The notes below the pieces were generated by a model. It saw nothing but the letters and a program-made list of their open reading frames with translations. It made no database searches and had not been told where the DNA came from. A program made the position numbers and the translations under genes. From Promethearchaeia archaeon (lineage in GTDB: Archaea; Asgardarchaeota; Lokiarchaeia; Sigyniarchaeales; SOKP01), in assembly GCA_029856045.1 (NCBI GenBank), contig JAHQWG010000015.1, positions 1 to 48,870 of the forward strand: DNA of 48,870 bases. Reading direction: 5' to 3'. This document shows positions 28,840 through 37,845 of this stretch, piece by piece. How positions within the stretch are numbered: position 1 is the first letter of the stretch; each line of letters opens with the position of its first letter.

Positions 28840-30486
28840 TTATACAATTATTTTTTCGTGTTTTAAAATTTGACCATTTAGAATACCTAAATGCTTTCCT
28901 TTTTCGACGGTGATTTCACCATTTACAATGACATAATCAATACCCTCAGGATATTGACGACCATTTTCGTATGTCGAGTTATCTCTTATTGTTTGATGAT
29001 TAAAAATTACCAAATCAGCTTTAAAATTTGGTCGGATTATACCTCTATCTCTAAGACCTAAAATGCTTGCAGGTAAAGAAGTCATTTTTCGAATAGCTTC
29101 TTCTAAAGAAACAATCTTTTTTTCTCTAACATATCTTGATAAGATTCTGGGGAAGGTACCATAAGATCGAGGATGGGTATTTCCCTCAATAACCAAAAAT
29201 CCATCAGAACCTACACAAACAAAATCTTGTTTAAATAATGATAAAATACTTTTCTCCTCGCTCATCTGTCTAATGGAGATCATGATGGAGCCTTCTTCAT
29301 CTCTAATGAAATCTAATACAGCATCGTAAAATGATCTTTTTGGATAAAGAATTTTTAATGCCTCGCCTAAAAATTTTCCTTCAATATGATGGTTTTTTAA
29401 AACACTAATAATTCTTATGTCTTTCTTGAAAGAGGAAAAAATTAGTTTTTTCATTAAGAATTTTGGAATAATCCGAATTATGAAAGGAAGATCTGATAAA
29501 AAAGTCGAGAATATCATATCTAGGATTTCTGTAACAATTTTTTTCCTTGCTTCTGAATTAGTTAAATTTTGTTCAAAATCATCATAAACCCAAGGGTTAA
29601 GTAGAATGCCTGATAAGCTGGTTGATGATTCTTCATAAGGATATAAATCCGCATGAAGAAAAATTTCTTTTTCTTTAGCATTTTTAATCAGATTTATGAC
29701 ATCATGAGTTAATTTCCAAGCATATTTACCTACAGTTTTTAGATGAGAAATATGGGCGCGAACATTCGACTTTTTGGCAATCTCAATAACTTCTCTAATT
29801 CCTTGTTCTATTATCCTTGTTCCTTCATTTCTCATATGTGTATCATATAGACCTCCAAAATCAGATACAACTTTACAGAGCTCAATAATTTCGGACGTTG
29901 GAGTGATTGAACCGGGAGGATAAACCAATCCTGTAGATAAACCAAAAGCGCCTATTCCCATTTCCTTTTTTACTATTTTTTTCATTTCCTCAAGTTCTTC
30001 TGATTTTGATGGACGATCTTCCAATCCTAGGATATAAGTTCTTATATTTCCGTGTGGTATAAAAAAAGCAAGATTTGAAGAAACGCCTTTTTTCTTGAGC
30101 ACTTCCATATAATCTTGAATGGAGTCATATAATTGTGATACTGATGAACCAAAAGCCTTAGTTATAAAATTAGAATAATAATTTCGAACTTTTTCATTTG
30201 CGGGTGCTCGCCCAATTCCACACATCCCTACTACAAGTGTTGTAACACCCTGCATTATGGCGGCTTCTGCTTTATTTACTTCTAATATAGTTAAATCAGC
30301 ATGAGAATGCATGTCAATAAATCCAGGTGCAATTATTTTATTTGAAACATCAATTATATCATATCCATTTCCCTCCAAATTTGCACCAATCTTTAGAATT
30401 TTATTATCTTTTATTGCAATATCGGATTTATACCTTGAAGAACCAGTTCCGTCAATTATCCATCCATTTTTTAGCAGAATTTCCAT
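28840..30486 (-). CDS. N-acyl-D-amino-acid deacylase (amidohydrolase)
   Basis: PGFIDMHSH, QGVTT.V.GMCG, HMRNE, HISHLK, GSDG, HPRSYGTFPR. Confidence 0.92.
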   Translation of the reverse strand: MEILLKNGWIIDGTGSSRYKSDIAIKDNKILKIGANLEGNGYDIIDVSNKIIAPGFIDMHSHADLTILEVNKAEAAIMQGVTTLVVGMCGIGRAPANEKVRNYYSNFITKAFGSSVSQLYDSIQDYMEVLKKKGVSSNLAFFIPHGNIRTYILGLEDRPSKSEELEEMKKIVKKEMGIGAFGLSTGLVYPPGSITPTSEIIELCKVVSDFGGLYDTHMRNEGTRIIEQGIREVIEIAKKSNVRAHISHLKTVGKYAWKLTHDVINLIKNAKEKEIFLHADLYPYEESSTSLSGILLNPWVYDDFEQNLTNSEARKKIVTEILDMIFSTFLSDLPFIIRIIPKFLMKKLIFSSFKKDIRIISVLKNHHIEGKFLGEALKILYPKRSFYDAVLDFIRDEEGSIMISIRQMSEEKSILSLFKQDFVCVGSDGFLVIEGNTHPRSYGTFPRILSRYVREKKIVSLEEAIRKMTSLPASILGLRDRGIIRPNFKADLVIFNHQTIRDNSTYENGRQYPEGIDYVIVNGEITVEKGKHLGILNGQILKHEKIIV

Positions 30487-30629
30487 TAATTCTTTACCTT
30501 AATAATCTTATCATCAAAAAAATCGGTTGATTATATTTTGAATTAATTAAACACTCTTAATTTTTATTAATTATTTTCGATATCTTAAGATTTTTTTAGG
30601 TAAGAATTAATATTTATGTTAGTAAATTG

Positions 30630-31325
30630 ATGTTTGAAAGATATGAATCCCGTTTTGAAGCGGGAATTATTTTAACGAAATTCATAGAAAAGTTAAATCC
30701 AGAATTACACGATTCAATTGGAGAAAATTCCAAGAATTATTTTTGTTTTTGTATTCCAAATGGCGGAGTACCGGTTGCTGAAGGATTTTGTAGTGAATTC
30801 AATATATCATATGATTTATTAATTGTAAGAAAAGTTAAGATACCATATAATCCAGAGGCAGGATTTGGTTCGGTTACAACGGATGGAACTGTCCTATTAA
30901 ATGATTATTTGTTATCTCATTTAGGATTAAGTGAAGTAGAAATAAATAAATCAATAGAAATAACTAAACAAGAGATTCAAAAAAGGTTAGAGTTTTATAA
31001 TATTTCTTTAGATTTAGAAAATAGATATTCTCATATTAAAAATAAAACACTTTTTATTATTGATGATGGATTAGCTTCTGGTTTTACAATGTTAGCTGCT
31101 ATAAAAATGTTGAAGAAGTATAATCCAGCGTCCATTTATGTTCCCGTACCAACAGCATCGAAAAGTGCAGAGAAATTAATAATAAATGAGGTTGATGATC
31201 TATTTTGTCCTAATATACCGAATACATGGCATTTTGCCGTTGCAAATGCATATAAATATTGGTATGATGTACCTGAGAAAGAAGTGAAAGAGATCCTTTC
31301 AAAATCTAAATGTTACCTTAAATAA
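30630..31325 (+). CDS. Phosphoribosyltransferase-family protein (COG1926-like)
   Basis: IPNGGVPVA, VRKV..P.NPE, IIDDGLASG. Confidence 0.9.
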   Translation: MFERYESRFEAGIILTKFIEKLNPELHDSIGENSKNYFCFCIPNGGVPVAEGFCSEFNISYDLLIVRKVKIPYNPEAGFGSVTTDGTVLLNDYLLSHLGLSEVEINKSIEITKQEIQKRLEFYNISLDLENRYSHIKNKTLFIIDDGLASGFTMLAAIKMLKKYNPASIYVPVPTASKSAEKLIINEVDDLFCPNIPNTWHFAVANAYKYWYDVPEKEVKEILSKSKCYLK

Positions 31326-31363
31326 AAAACTAAATAATTAATAAAAATTTGGTCTCCTAAACC

Positions 31364-31400
31364 TTTATAAATGAGCAATACTATACCACTCATAGTATTG
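31364..31400 (+). promoter_or_regulatory. TATA box and perfect inverted-repeat operator upstream of padR
   Basis: TTTATAAA 31364-31371; CAATACTAT-N7-ATAGTATTG 31376-31400. Confidence 0.7.
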
Positions 31401-31456
31401 GATAAATAATATAAAAAAAATACTAAAATAAAATAAAAAAATAAAAACACACAGAG

Positions 31457-32002
31457 ATGAGAAAAATTATAAAACGAGTAAAAGAATTAGGTCCAACAGC
31501 TTTAATTGCATCAAGAGAATTTAGAAATTTCGTTGAAAAATTTGAATCTGAAATAAATCGTGGCATTAGTACATTATGCATATTATCCATTATTAATCAA
31601 GCAGGAGATGAAGGAATGTATGGTTACAAAATTCTTAAAGAATTAGAAGAACAAACAAATGATATGTTAGTTATTGAGGAGGGCACCCTTTATCCTCTTT
31701 TGAGAAAACTTGAAAGAGATAAACTGATTAAATCGGAACGGAGAGAATTTAGTGGAAGACCAAGAAATTATTATTTCATGACTGAAAATGGTCTTAAGAT
31801 TTACAATCATATTAATGGCTTTTTTTCTAAACTAACTGAATCTATTTCACCATTGATGGATATGAATGTTAATCTAAAAGAAGATTATATTTATTGTCCA
31901 AATTGTGCGAATAAAATTGACATTTCTAAAGAGGATTTCAATTTTTGCGAGATCTGTGGTTTAAATATTAGAGATTTAAAAGAAAGGAGGTTAAAAAAAT
32001 GA
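31457..32002 (+). CDS. PadR-family regulator with C-terminal zinc ribbon
   Basis: MYGYKI, EGTLYPLLRKLE, RPRNYY..T..G; CPNC..CEIC. Confidence 0.92.
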   Translation: MRKIIKRVKELGPTALIASREFRNFVEKFESEINRGISTLCILSIINQAGDEGMYGYKILKELEEQTNDMLVIEEGTLYPLLRKLERDKLIKSERREFSGRPRNYYFMTENGLKIYNHINGFFSKLTESISPLMDMNVNLKEDYIYCPNCANKIDISKEDFNFCEICGLNIRDLKERRLKK

Positions 32003-33045
32003 GTCGACAATATATGGAAGCAATGGTTAAAGAATTCTTAAAAAATGTGAAGAAAAAATTACCAGAATGGTTAAAAGAAAAAAAGAAGGAAGTTAAGGAT
32101 ATTTTAGCTGAACTTGAGGAACACATTTGGGAAAAAGCTGAAGAGTTATCAGGTATGGCTCAACCAACTGAAGATTCGGTACGATTAGCAATAGCCCATA
32201 TGGGAACACCAGAAAGCATAGCAAAGGAATATAAGCGTCGAGGAACACCTAAATATTATATAACGGAGGAACTTTGGCCAATTTATACAAAGGTTTTGAC
32301 AATAATATTTCTCGTAATTATAGCAATTGGTATTTTTTCTACAGTATTTAATATAATAACTGGTGACTTAGCAGAGGCTTTAAATTTTTTCAGTTTTTTC
32401 ACAGGATTTTTTTCTGCATTTACAATAGTGACAATAATTTTTGTAGTTTTATCAATGGAAGGTTATTTTCCTGAAGATTTCAAATCAGAAAGAGAACTTA
32501 AGAAGGAGGCTCGTCGGCTTGAAATCGCTCAAGAAAAGGGATTACCTATCTCTTCCAGAACTGGGAAACCTTTAAAACCTTTTATTCATCCCATTGGTGA
32601 AATTATTGGAGGAATCGTTGTAATTATTATTGGTGTATTTCTTATTACATTTCCAATTCCAGGGTTAGTCAATTCGATGAATCCAGGATTTCTATTAATA
32701 CTTGGTGTTTTTGGAGTGTTAATAATAATAGAGGGAGGATTGGATACAACTCGTGGAGTTATTGGAAATTATAAAGTAAAAACCCATCAGATAATTCATA
32801 TAATAACGATTGGAGTAAAATTAGCTTCAATACCATTAGTTGTAATTCTTTGGAGTCGACCAGACGTAATTCCTTTTCTAATTTGGGATAATTCAACAAA
32901 TACTTTGGTTAATATAGGAGTCACACCAGAATTCTATGATCTTTGTAGAAATATAATGGCTGTAATAATATTAATAACAATAATTACTCCAATAGAAGAC
33001 ATATACAAAATCATAAAGTTGGAAAAATATAAAGTAAAAAATTAA
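31999..33045 (+). CDS. HAAS-domain membrane protein (PadR partner)
   Basis: DILAELEEHI...AIAHMGTPESIAKEY followed by ~6 TM; ATGA overlap with padR. Confidence 0.8.
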   Translation: MSRQYMEAMVKEFLKNVKKKLPEWLKEKKKEVKDILAELEEHIWEKAEELSGMAQPTEDSVRLAIAHMGTPESIAKEYKRRGTPKYYITEELWPIYTKVLTIIFLVIIAIGIFSTVFNIITGDLAEALNFFSFFTGFFSAFTIVTIIFVVLSMEGYFPEDFKSERELKKEARRLEIAQEKGLPISSRTGKPLKPFIHPIGEIIGGIVVIIIGVFLITFPIPGLVNSMNPGFLLILGVFGVLIIIEGGLDTTRGVIGNYKVKTHQIIHIITIGVKLASIPLVVILWSRPDVIPFLIWDNSTNTLVNIGVTPEFYDLCRNIMAVIILITIITPIEDIYKIIKLEKYKVKN

Positions 33046-33110
33046 TAATAAATTTTTTTTTCTTTTTAAATTAAAATTTTAATTCTGCTATAGTCGAGAG
33101 GATAATCTGA

Positions 33111-33131
33111 AAGCCCCAGCTTTAGAGCTGG
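33111..33131. mobile_element. Possible IS200/IS605-type end hairpin remnant
   Basis: AAGCC-CCAGCT-TTAG-AGCTGG, a GC-rich hairpin in an AT-rich spacer; no tnpA/tnpB nearby. Confidence 0.3.
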
Positions 33132-33356
33132 TTCTGAATAAAAGCTATACCTTTTCCTTTTAAAAGAAAATGGATGTTTTAATCGTTCTTTAAGATAAAA
33201 AAGAAAGAGTTTTAAAATATTAATTTGTAAAGCCAATTTCTTTTACCTCAATTATTTTATTGAATTCAATTATTCTTTACTTAATTATAATTATTACATT
33301 TAAATTTAGTAGAAATTGTAATTATAATAAGAAAGATTCGATTATTAAAATGTATT

Positions 33357-34319
33357 ATGATGATTCAGACTAATCAAGAGATACAAGAGATTCAAAAGTT
33401 AATATTAAATCTTAAAAAAGAGAAAGATGTTACAATTCTTGCTCATTATTATCAAACCTTGGAAATTCAAGAGATTGCAGATTTTGTAGGAGATTCCTTG
33501 GAACTTTCAAAAATTGCCAGAGATCATACTAATACGAAAAATATTATTTTTGCTGGAGTTCTTTTTATGGCAGAAACGGCTTCCATTTTAAATCCTGTAA
33601 AAAGAGTGCTAATGCCAGATAAACAAGCCGGCTGTCCTTTAGCTTCATTTCTTAATGGAGACACCTTGAAGATTTATAAAGATAAATATCCTGGGGTTCC
33701 AGTGGTTGTGTATGTTAATTCCACAGCCGAAACAAAAGCAGAGGCTGATGTAGTATGTACATCTTCAAATGCAATTAAAGTTATTCAAGGAATACAAAAA
33801 GAGTATAACTCTAAAAAAGTTTTATTTGGACCAGATAAAAATCTTGCTGATCATGTGAGATTAAATACCAACATAGAGATTATCAATTTGCCAGACGTAG
33901 GTTTTTGCTATGTACATAATGATATAAATAAATCGGATGCAATAAGAGCTAAAAATGACTATCCAAATGCAGCCGTTGCTGTACATCCAGAATGTAAAAG
34001 GGAGGTGCGTAAATTAGCTGATTTTATAGGTTCTACAAAAGGTATGTATGATTATGTCAAAGAAAACCCTTCAATTGTAAATGAATTTATAATCGGAACT
34101 GAAATTGGATTCGTTCAAAGGCTTCAAAAAGATTTTCCAAATAATAAAATTTACCCAATGACCGAGAATTTTATTTGCAAAGATATGAAACGCACGAATC
34201 TAAAAAAAATTCTTAATTTATTAAATAATTTAGATAATGATAATAATATAGTCAATGTACCAAATTCTATCTCCGTAAAAGCAAGAATTAGTCTTGAAAA
34301 AATGTTAAAATATTCCTAA
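33357..34319 (+). CDS. nadA: Quinolinate synthase
   Basis: LAHYYQ, DFVGDS, FMAET, GCPLA, YVNS, GPDKNL, CYVH, HPEC, CKDMK. Confidence 0.97.
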   Translation: MMIQTNQEIQEIQKLILNLKKEKDVTILAHYYQTLEIQEIADFVGDSLELSKIARDHTNTKNIIFAGVLFMAETASILNPVKRVLMPDKQAGCPLASFLNGDTLKIYKDKYPGVPVVVYVNSTAETKAEADVVCTSSNAIKVIQGIQKEYNSKKVLFGPDKNLADHVRLNTNIEIINLPDVGFCYVHNDINKSDAIRAKNDYPNAAVAVHPECKREVRKLADFIGSTKGMYDYVKENPSIVNEFIIGTEIGFVQRLQKDFPNNKIYPMTENFICKDMKRTNLKKILNLLNNLDNDNNIVNVPNSISVKARISLEKMLKYS

Positions 34320-34486
34320 ATTTCTACTTGATTAATCTGGAAAATTTAAATTAGTAAATTATTAAATAAAATATAGCAAAAATATTTTAAACAAAATTAA
34401 GATATTAGAATTATAAAAACAATGGAAAAAAAATTAAATTTACAATTTTTATAACCACATAAATCTAAAAATCACTTAAAACTTAA

Positions 34487-34879
34487 TTGAGGTTGAAGAA
34501 GATTCCGATAGGTATAATTATCATTAGATGGGATAACGAGATCGGTCCAATCAGCGAAGCTTTTTATCCAGAGAGCCTAAAAATTACCAATAATTTATTA
34601 ACTCAAGTTTATAGCTCCCATAGATATCAATCATTAAATCCTGGGTTTGCTTCCATATCACTAAAGAACAATAAAGTTGTGTCCTTTTTCTCTGGCGTTG
34701 GCGATAATTTTGTAGAGATTGAGAATTATGTTATAGCATTAGTATTACGTAGAGATGAGCAAACCAATAAATATAGAGAAATTCTTAAAAAAATTGCTGC
34801 TGAAATTTTAGGGAAAATACGGGAGGGGGATTACAAAAAAGCGCTCCCAAATTTATATAAGGATCTTGCCAAAATCTAA
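34487..34879 (+). CDS. Longin/uDENN-like small Asgard protein; start possibly ATT 34502
   Basis: PIGIIIIRWDNEIGP....YP beta-hairpin, helix, three strands, C-terminal helices. Confidence 0.6.
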   Translation: MRLKKIPIGIIIIRWDNEIGPISEAFYPESLKITNNLLTQVYSSHRYQSLNPGFASISLKNNKVVSFFSGVGDNFVEIENYVIALVLRRDEQTNKYREILKKIAAEILGKIREGDYKKALPNLYKDLAKI

Positions 34880-34897
34880 AATTGGAGGAAAAAAAAT

Positions 34898-35905
34898 TTA
34901 TTCTTCCAAAAAATCCATTTTTAATACTACTTCTCCAAGATCGTTGTATTCAAAAATATTTGCGGCAATTAATTTTTCTACGTAATTTTGAACAGTTACA
35001 GTAGGTATTCCCAATGCATTCTTCAAATCTGACAAAGAAATGTGTTTTATTTCTCTGACAATTATAAATGCCTTAAAAAGAGATTCTTCTTCAAAAAGAG
35101 GTTGTAGTCGATTAAAAAATTCAATAACTTCAATATTATTATTTTTAAAATCAGTTAATTCCGTTATTTGGTCTGTCAGTCGTTTTAATTTTTCCTTCAT
35201 CTCTTTATTTTCTTGATCGCGTTTATCATATTTAGTGATCAAATCATCATATTTTTTGACCATATCCTCGTATAATTTTAGAGCAGTTTCTTTTGCTGAT
35301 ATAGACTCTTTTGTGGAAAGTTTATCTTCCAAAATCTGCGATTCTAACGATTTAACCTTATCTTCCAACTCCATCTTCTCTGTTAAAGCTTTTTCCCGTA
35401 TAGTTTTAATCTGCTCGTCATATCCTTCTTTAATATTTTTCTCTACAGTTTCTAATTCCTGGACTCGAATTTTTAAATTATTTATTTCTTCTTCTTTAAA
35501 TCTAAATTTTGTGTCGATCTCTGCAATTGTAGTTTTTAGATCTCCAACAGTTTCAGATTTAACTTCCATCATCTCTTGTAAAGGTTTGAATTGTTCTTTA
35601 AGTAATTCCATTTCTTTTTGTACTTCTGCAACTGTTGCGTTAGCAAGTTCAAGTTGAATGGACTTCTCAGATATTTCAGCTCTTTGTTCACCAATCAATA
35701 CTTTCAGTTCAATTACATCTGCTGGGACATCATACATTGAATCAATTTTCTGTTTTTGCTGCTCAATAACTGCATTTTGATCTGAAATTACATTTTTTTG
35801 TTTTTCAACTATTTCAGTCAGCCGGTCAATTTTTGCTTGAACCTGAGCGCTTTCTTTTTCTTGACCCTCTATTGAGTCAATTAAATTTTTAATATCTTTA
35901 GACAT
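34898..35905 (-). CDS. Long coiled-coil protein with C-terminal winged HTH
   Basis: ~265 aa E/K/Q heptad region; ISLSDLKNALGIPTVTVQNYVEKL...GEV. Confidence 0.75.
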   Translation of the reverse strand: MSKDIKNLIDSIEGQEKESAQVQAKIDRLTEIVEKQKNVISDQNAVIEQQKQKIDSMYDVPADVIELKVLIGEQRAEISEKSIQLELANATVAEVQKEMELLKEQFKPLQEMMEVKSETVGDLKTTIAEIDTKFRFKEEEINNLKIRVQELETVEKNIKEGYDEQIKTIREKALTEKMELEDKVKSLESQILEDKLSTKESISAKETALKLYEDMVKKYDDLITKYDKRDQENKEMKEKLKRLTDQITELTDFKNNNIEVIEFFNRLQPLFEEESLFKAFIIVREIKHISLSDLKNALGIPTVTVQNYVEKLIAANIFEYNDLGEVVLKMDFLEE

Positions 35906-36017
35906 TTTTAAAATTCATTCCGACTTGAGTTATTAATTATTAAAGCTAGTGAGAATTAAATCTTATAATTATTTTTGATTATTTAAGAATTAAATAATTT
36001 TTATTATTTTTAATAAT

Positions 36018-36587
36018 ATGCTGACCAAAGGTTTTTACTTTTATTCTTCAGAGTTAGAAAAAAACATTATTATCTTATATCGTTTAAAAAATTCTAAAGT
36101 TTTTCTTGAAAGTGTGAATTTGATAGATAGTAGAAATCTTTCTAATTTTATTTCAGAGAATGATTTAATTGTTGAAAAATTTCAAAGTGTTAATAATACC
36201 TCGTTAATAAATATGGTTAAAATTATTAATTCATGTCTAAAAGGTGAAAGAGTTAATCTGTATGATAGTATTCGGAAATTAGGAATAGTAATTGATTATA
36301 AAAGAACTTTTAAAACAATGTTTGCTTCAAGTGTAATAAGAGAATTATTAAAGGTGAAATATGGCGAAACTATTTCCTATTCAGAATTGGCTTCTAAATT
36401 AAACTCAAATGCATATAGAGCTGTCGGGAATATAATGCGTAAAAATCCATATCCATTAATAATTCCCTGCCACCGTGTGATTAACAAAAATGGAAATATT
36501 GGCGGATTTATGGGATCAAATAATGATGAATCACCATTAAATCTTAAAAGAAAATTAATTAAACTTGAAAAAAATAGTAGAATCTGA
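36018..36587 (+). CDS. ogt: Methylated-DNA--protein-cysteine methyltransferase
   Basis: YGETISY, RAVG...NP.PLIIPCHRV. Confidence 0.95.
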   Translation: MLTKGFYFYSSELEKNIIILYRLKNSKVFLESVNLIDSRNLSNFISENDLIVEKFQSVNNTSLINMVKIINSCLKGERVNLYDSIRKLGIVIDYKRTFKTMFASSVIRELLKVKYGETISYSELASKLNSNAYRAVGNIMRKNPYPLIIPCHRVINKNGNIGGFMGSNNDESPLNLKRKLIKLEKNSRI

Positions 36588-36606
36588 AAAAATAATTATA
36601 AATCTA

Positions 36607-36936
36607 TTAAGTACTTTTTAAATTGGGAAATCTCTCAAAAACTAAATCTAAACCTTTTTTACATAAAGCAACAACGTCTTTATTTTTATTTTCTACATGC
36701 TTCTGGAAAAAAGGTATCAACTGTTTAGCAAAATTCCTATAATTAGTTATATTATCTCTTTTTATATGTTGTGCCATATTATTAAATTGGATATCCAATT
36801 CCGTCAAAAGCCATAAAAGAGATTCATTTTGAGATTTTCTTAGTTCCAACGTCAATTTACTTGGGTCTGCGACTTTTTGTAAATCAAGATATTCTGATGT
36901 GTATTTTCCTTTTTTATTATTTTCCCATGTACTCAT
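36607..36936 (-). CDS. Hypothetical helical protein
   Basis: 109-aa ORF with ATG and upstream AGGATGA-like context; no motif recognised. Confidence 0.65.
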   Translation of the reverse strand: MSTWENNKKGKYTSEYLDLQKVADPSKLTLELRKSQNESLLWLLTELDIQFNNMAQHIKRDNITNYRNFAKQLIPFFQKHVENKNKDVVALCKKGLDLVFERFPNLKST

Positions 36937-37209
36937 CCTATTATACCAGATTTTAATAATTTTAAGTCATTATTTATTATTTGAACTTACTAACAAACTT
37001 CAATTAATTTAAAGTAAAATGCCTATTAAATTTTTATAAATTTTTGAAAAGCACGTGCTATACGTTAAAATTATAAAAATTCATCAGATATTTAAAAATA
37101 AATATCATCTTAATATAACAAATAATAGTTTCTTAATATTTAGAAAAAAAAGAAAATGTTAAAAAAAAACATTCAATTTAAATTTTGAAATAAAATTATT
37201 AAGGAAGAT

Positions 37210-37446
37210 CTATACCTTCAATGCTTTTATATCTTCTTTCATAATTGTTTTTCTTTTTAGTTCTCCCTTTGACTTCCCTTTCGATTTCTTTGGTAGTATA
37301 TCAATAATTTGTTGAATATTGGCTTCGACTTGTTTATCAAGCCATTTAATAACTTCATCTTTGACGTCTCCAGCCCTTCTTATCCCTAATTTACTAAAGT
37401 ACTCATCTACGCGGCTTTTCATTAAAAATTTACTTTTATAACTCAT
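37210..37446 (-). CDS. Atypical histone-fold protein
   Basis: Basic 78 aa; alpha1-G-IR(L1)-long alpha2; RKTIMKEDI matches the archaeal RKTIxxED motif. Confidence 0.8.
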   Translation of the reverse strand: MSYKSKFLMKSRVDEYFSKLGIRRAGDVKDEVIKWLDKQVEANIQQIIDILPKKSKGKSKGELKRKTIMKEDIKALKV

Positions 37447-37845
37447 TTTTTTTCCCTCTTTTTTCTAGGTTAAAAATAAATAAATGAAGAATATCATTTT
37501 TCTATTGATATAATTATTTTCTTTCTTACTTTTTAAATGTTTTATTTTTACCTTATCTAGATATTGATATTTTTGATTTTTTTTAATAAAAATTTAAATG
37601 TTTTTAATGGGATTAGAGAAAAATTTAAGAGAATTTAGTTCTTTTAATTGTCAATATTTTTATCTAATCAGTTTTTTAAGGGATTTGTAGGTAAATTAGC
37701 ATTCGAATGATTTTAACGAGTATTTTGCACAATTTATGACATTGAGATCATTATAATTTAAGAAAATAGTAATTTTAGAAATAATATTTTAAATTAATAT
37801 GTTTATAAATTATTTATAATGAAGAACAAACAAATGGTATAAATC

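Noticed and set aside
778-36587. Selenocysteine readthrough at TGA-ended genes (778, 2197, 14718, 18755, 23939, 36587)
   Set aside because: These proteins look complete at the TGA; no selenoprotein family or convincing SECIS was recognised
37532-37604. 12-bp direct repeat TTTAAATGTTTT in the 400-bp histone-glgP spacer (tandem promoters or origin)
   Set aside because: Low complexity in very AT-rich DNA; no ORB-like G-string and no cdc6 gene nearby
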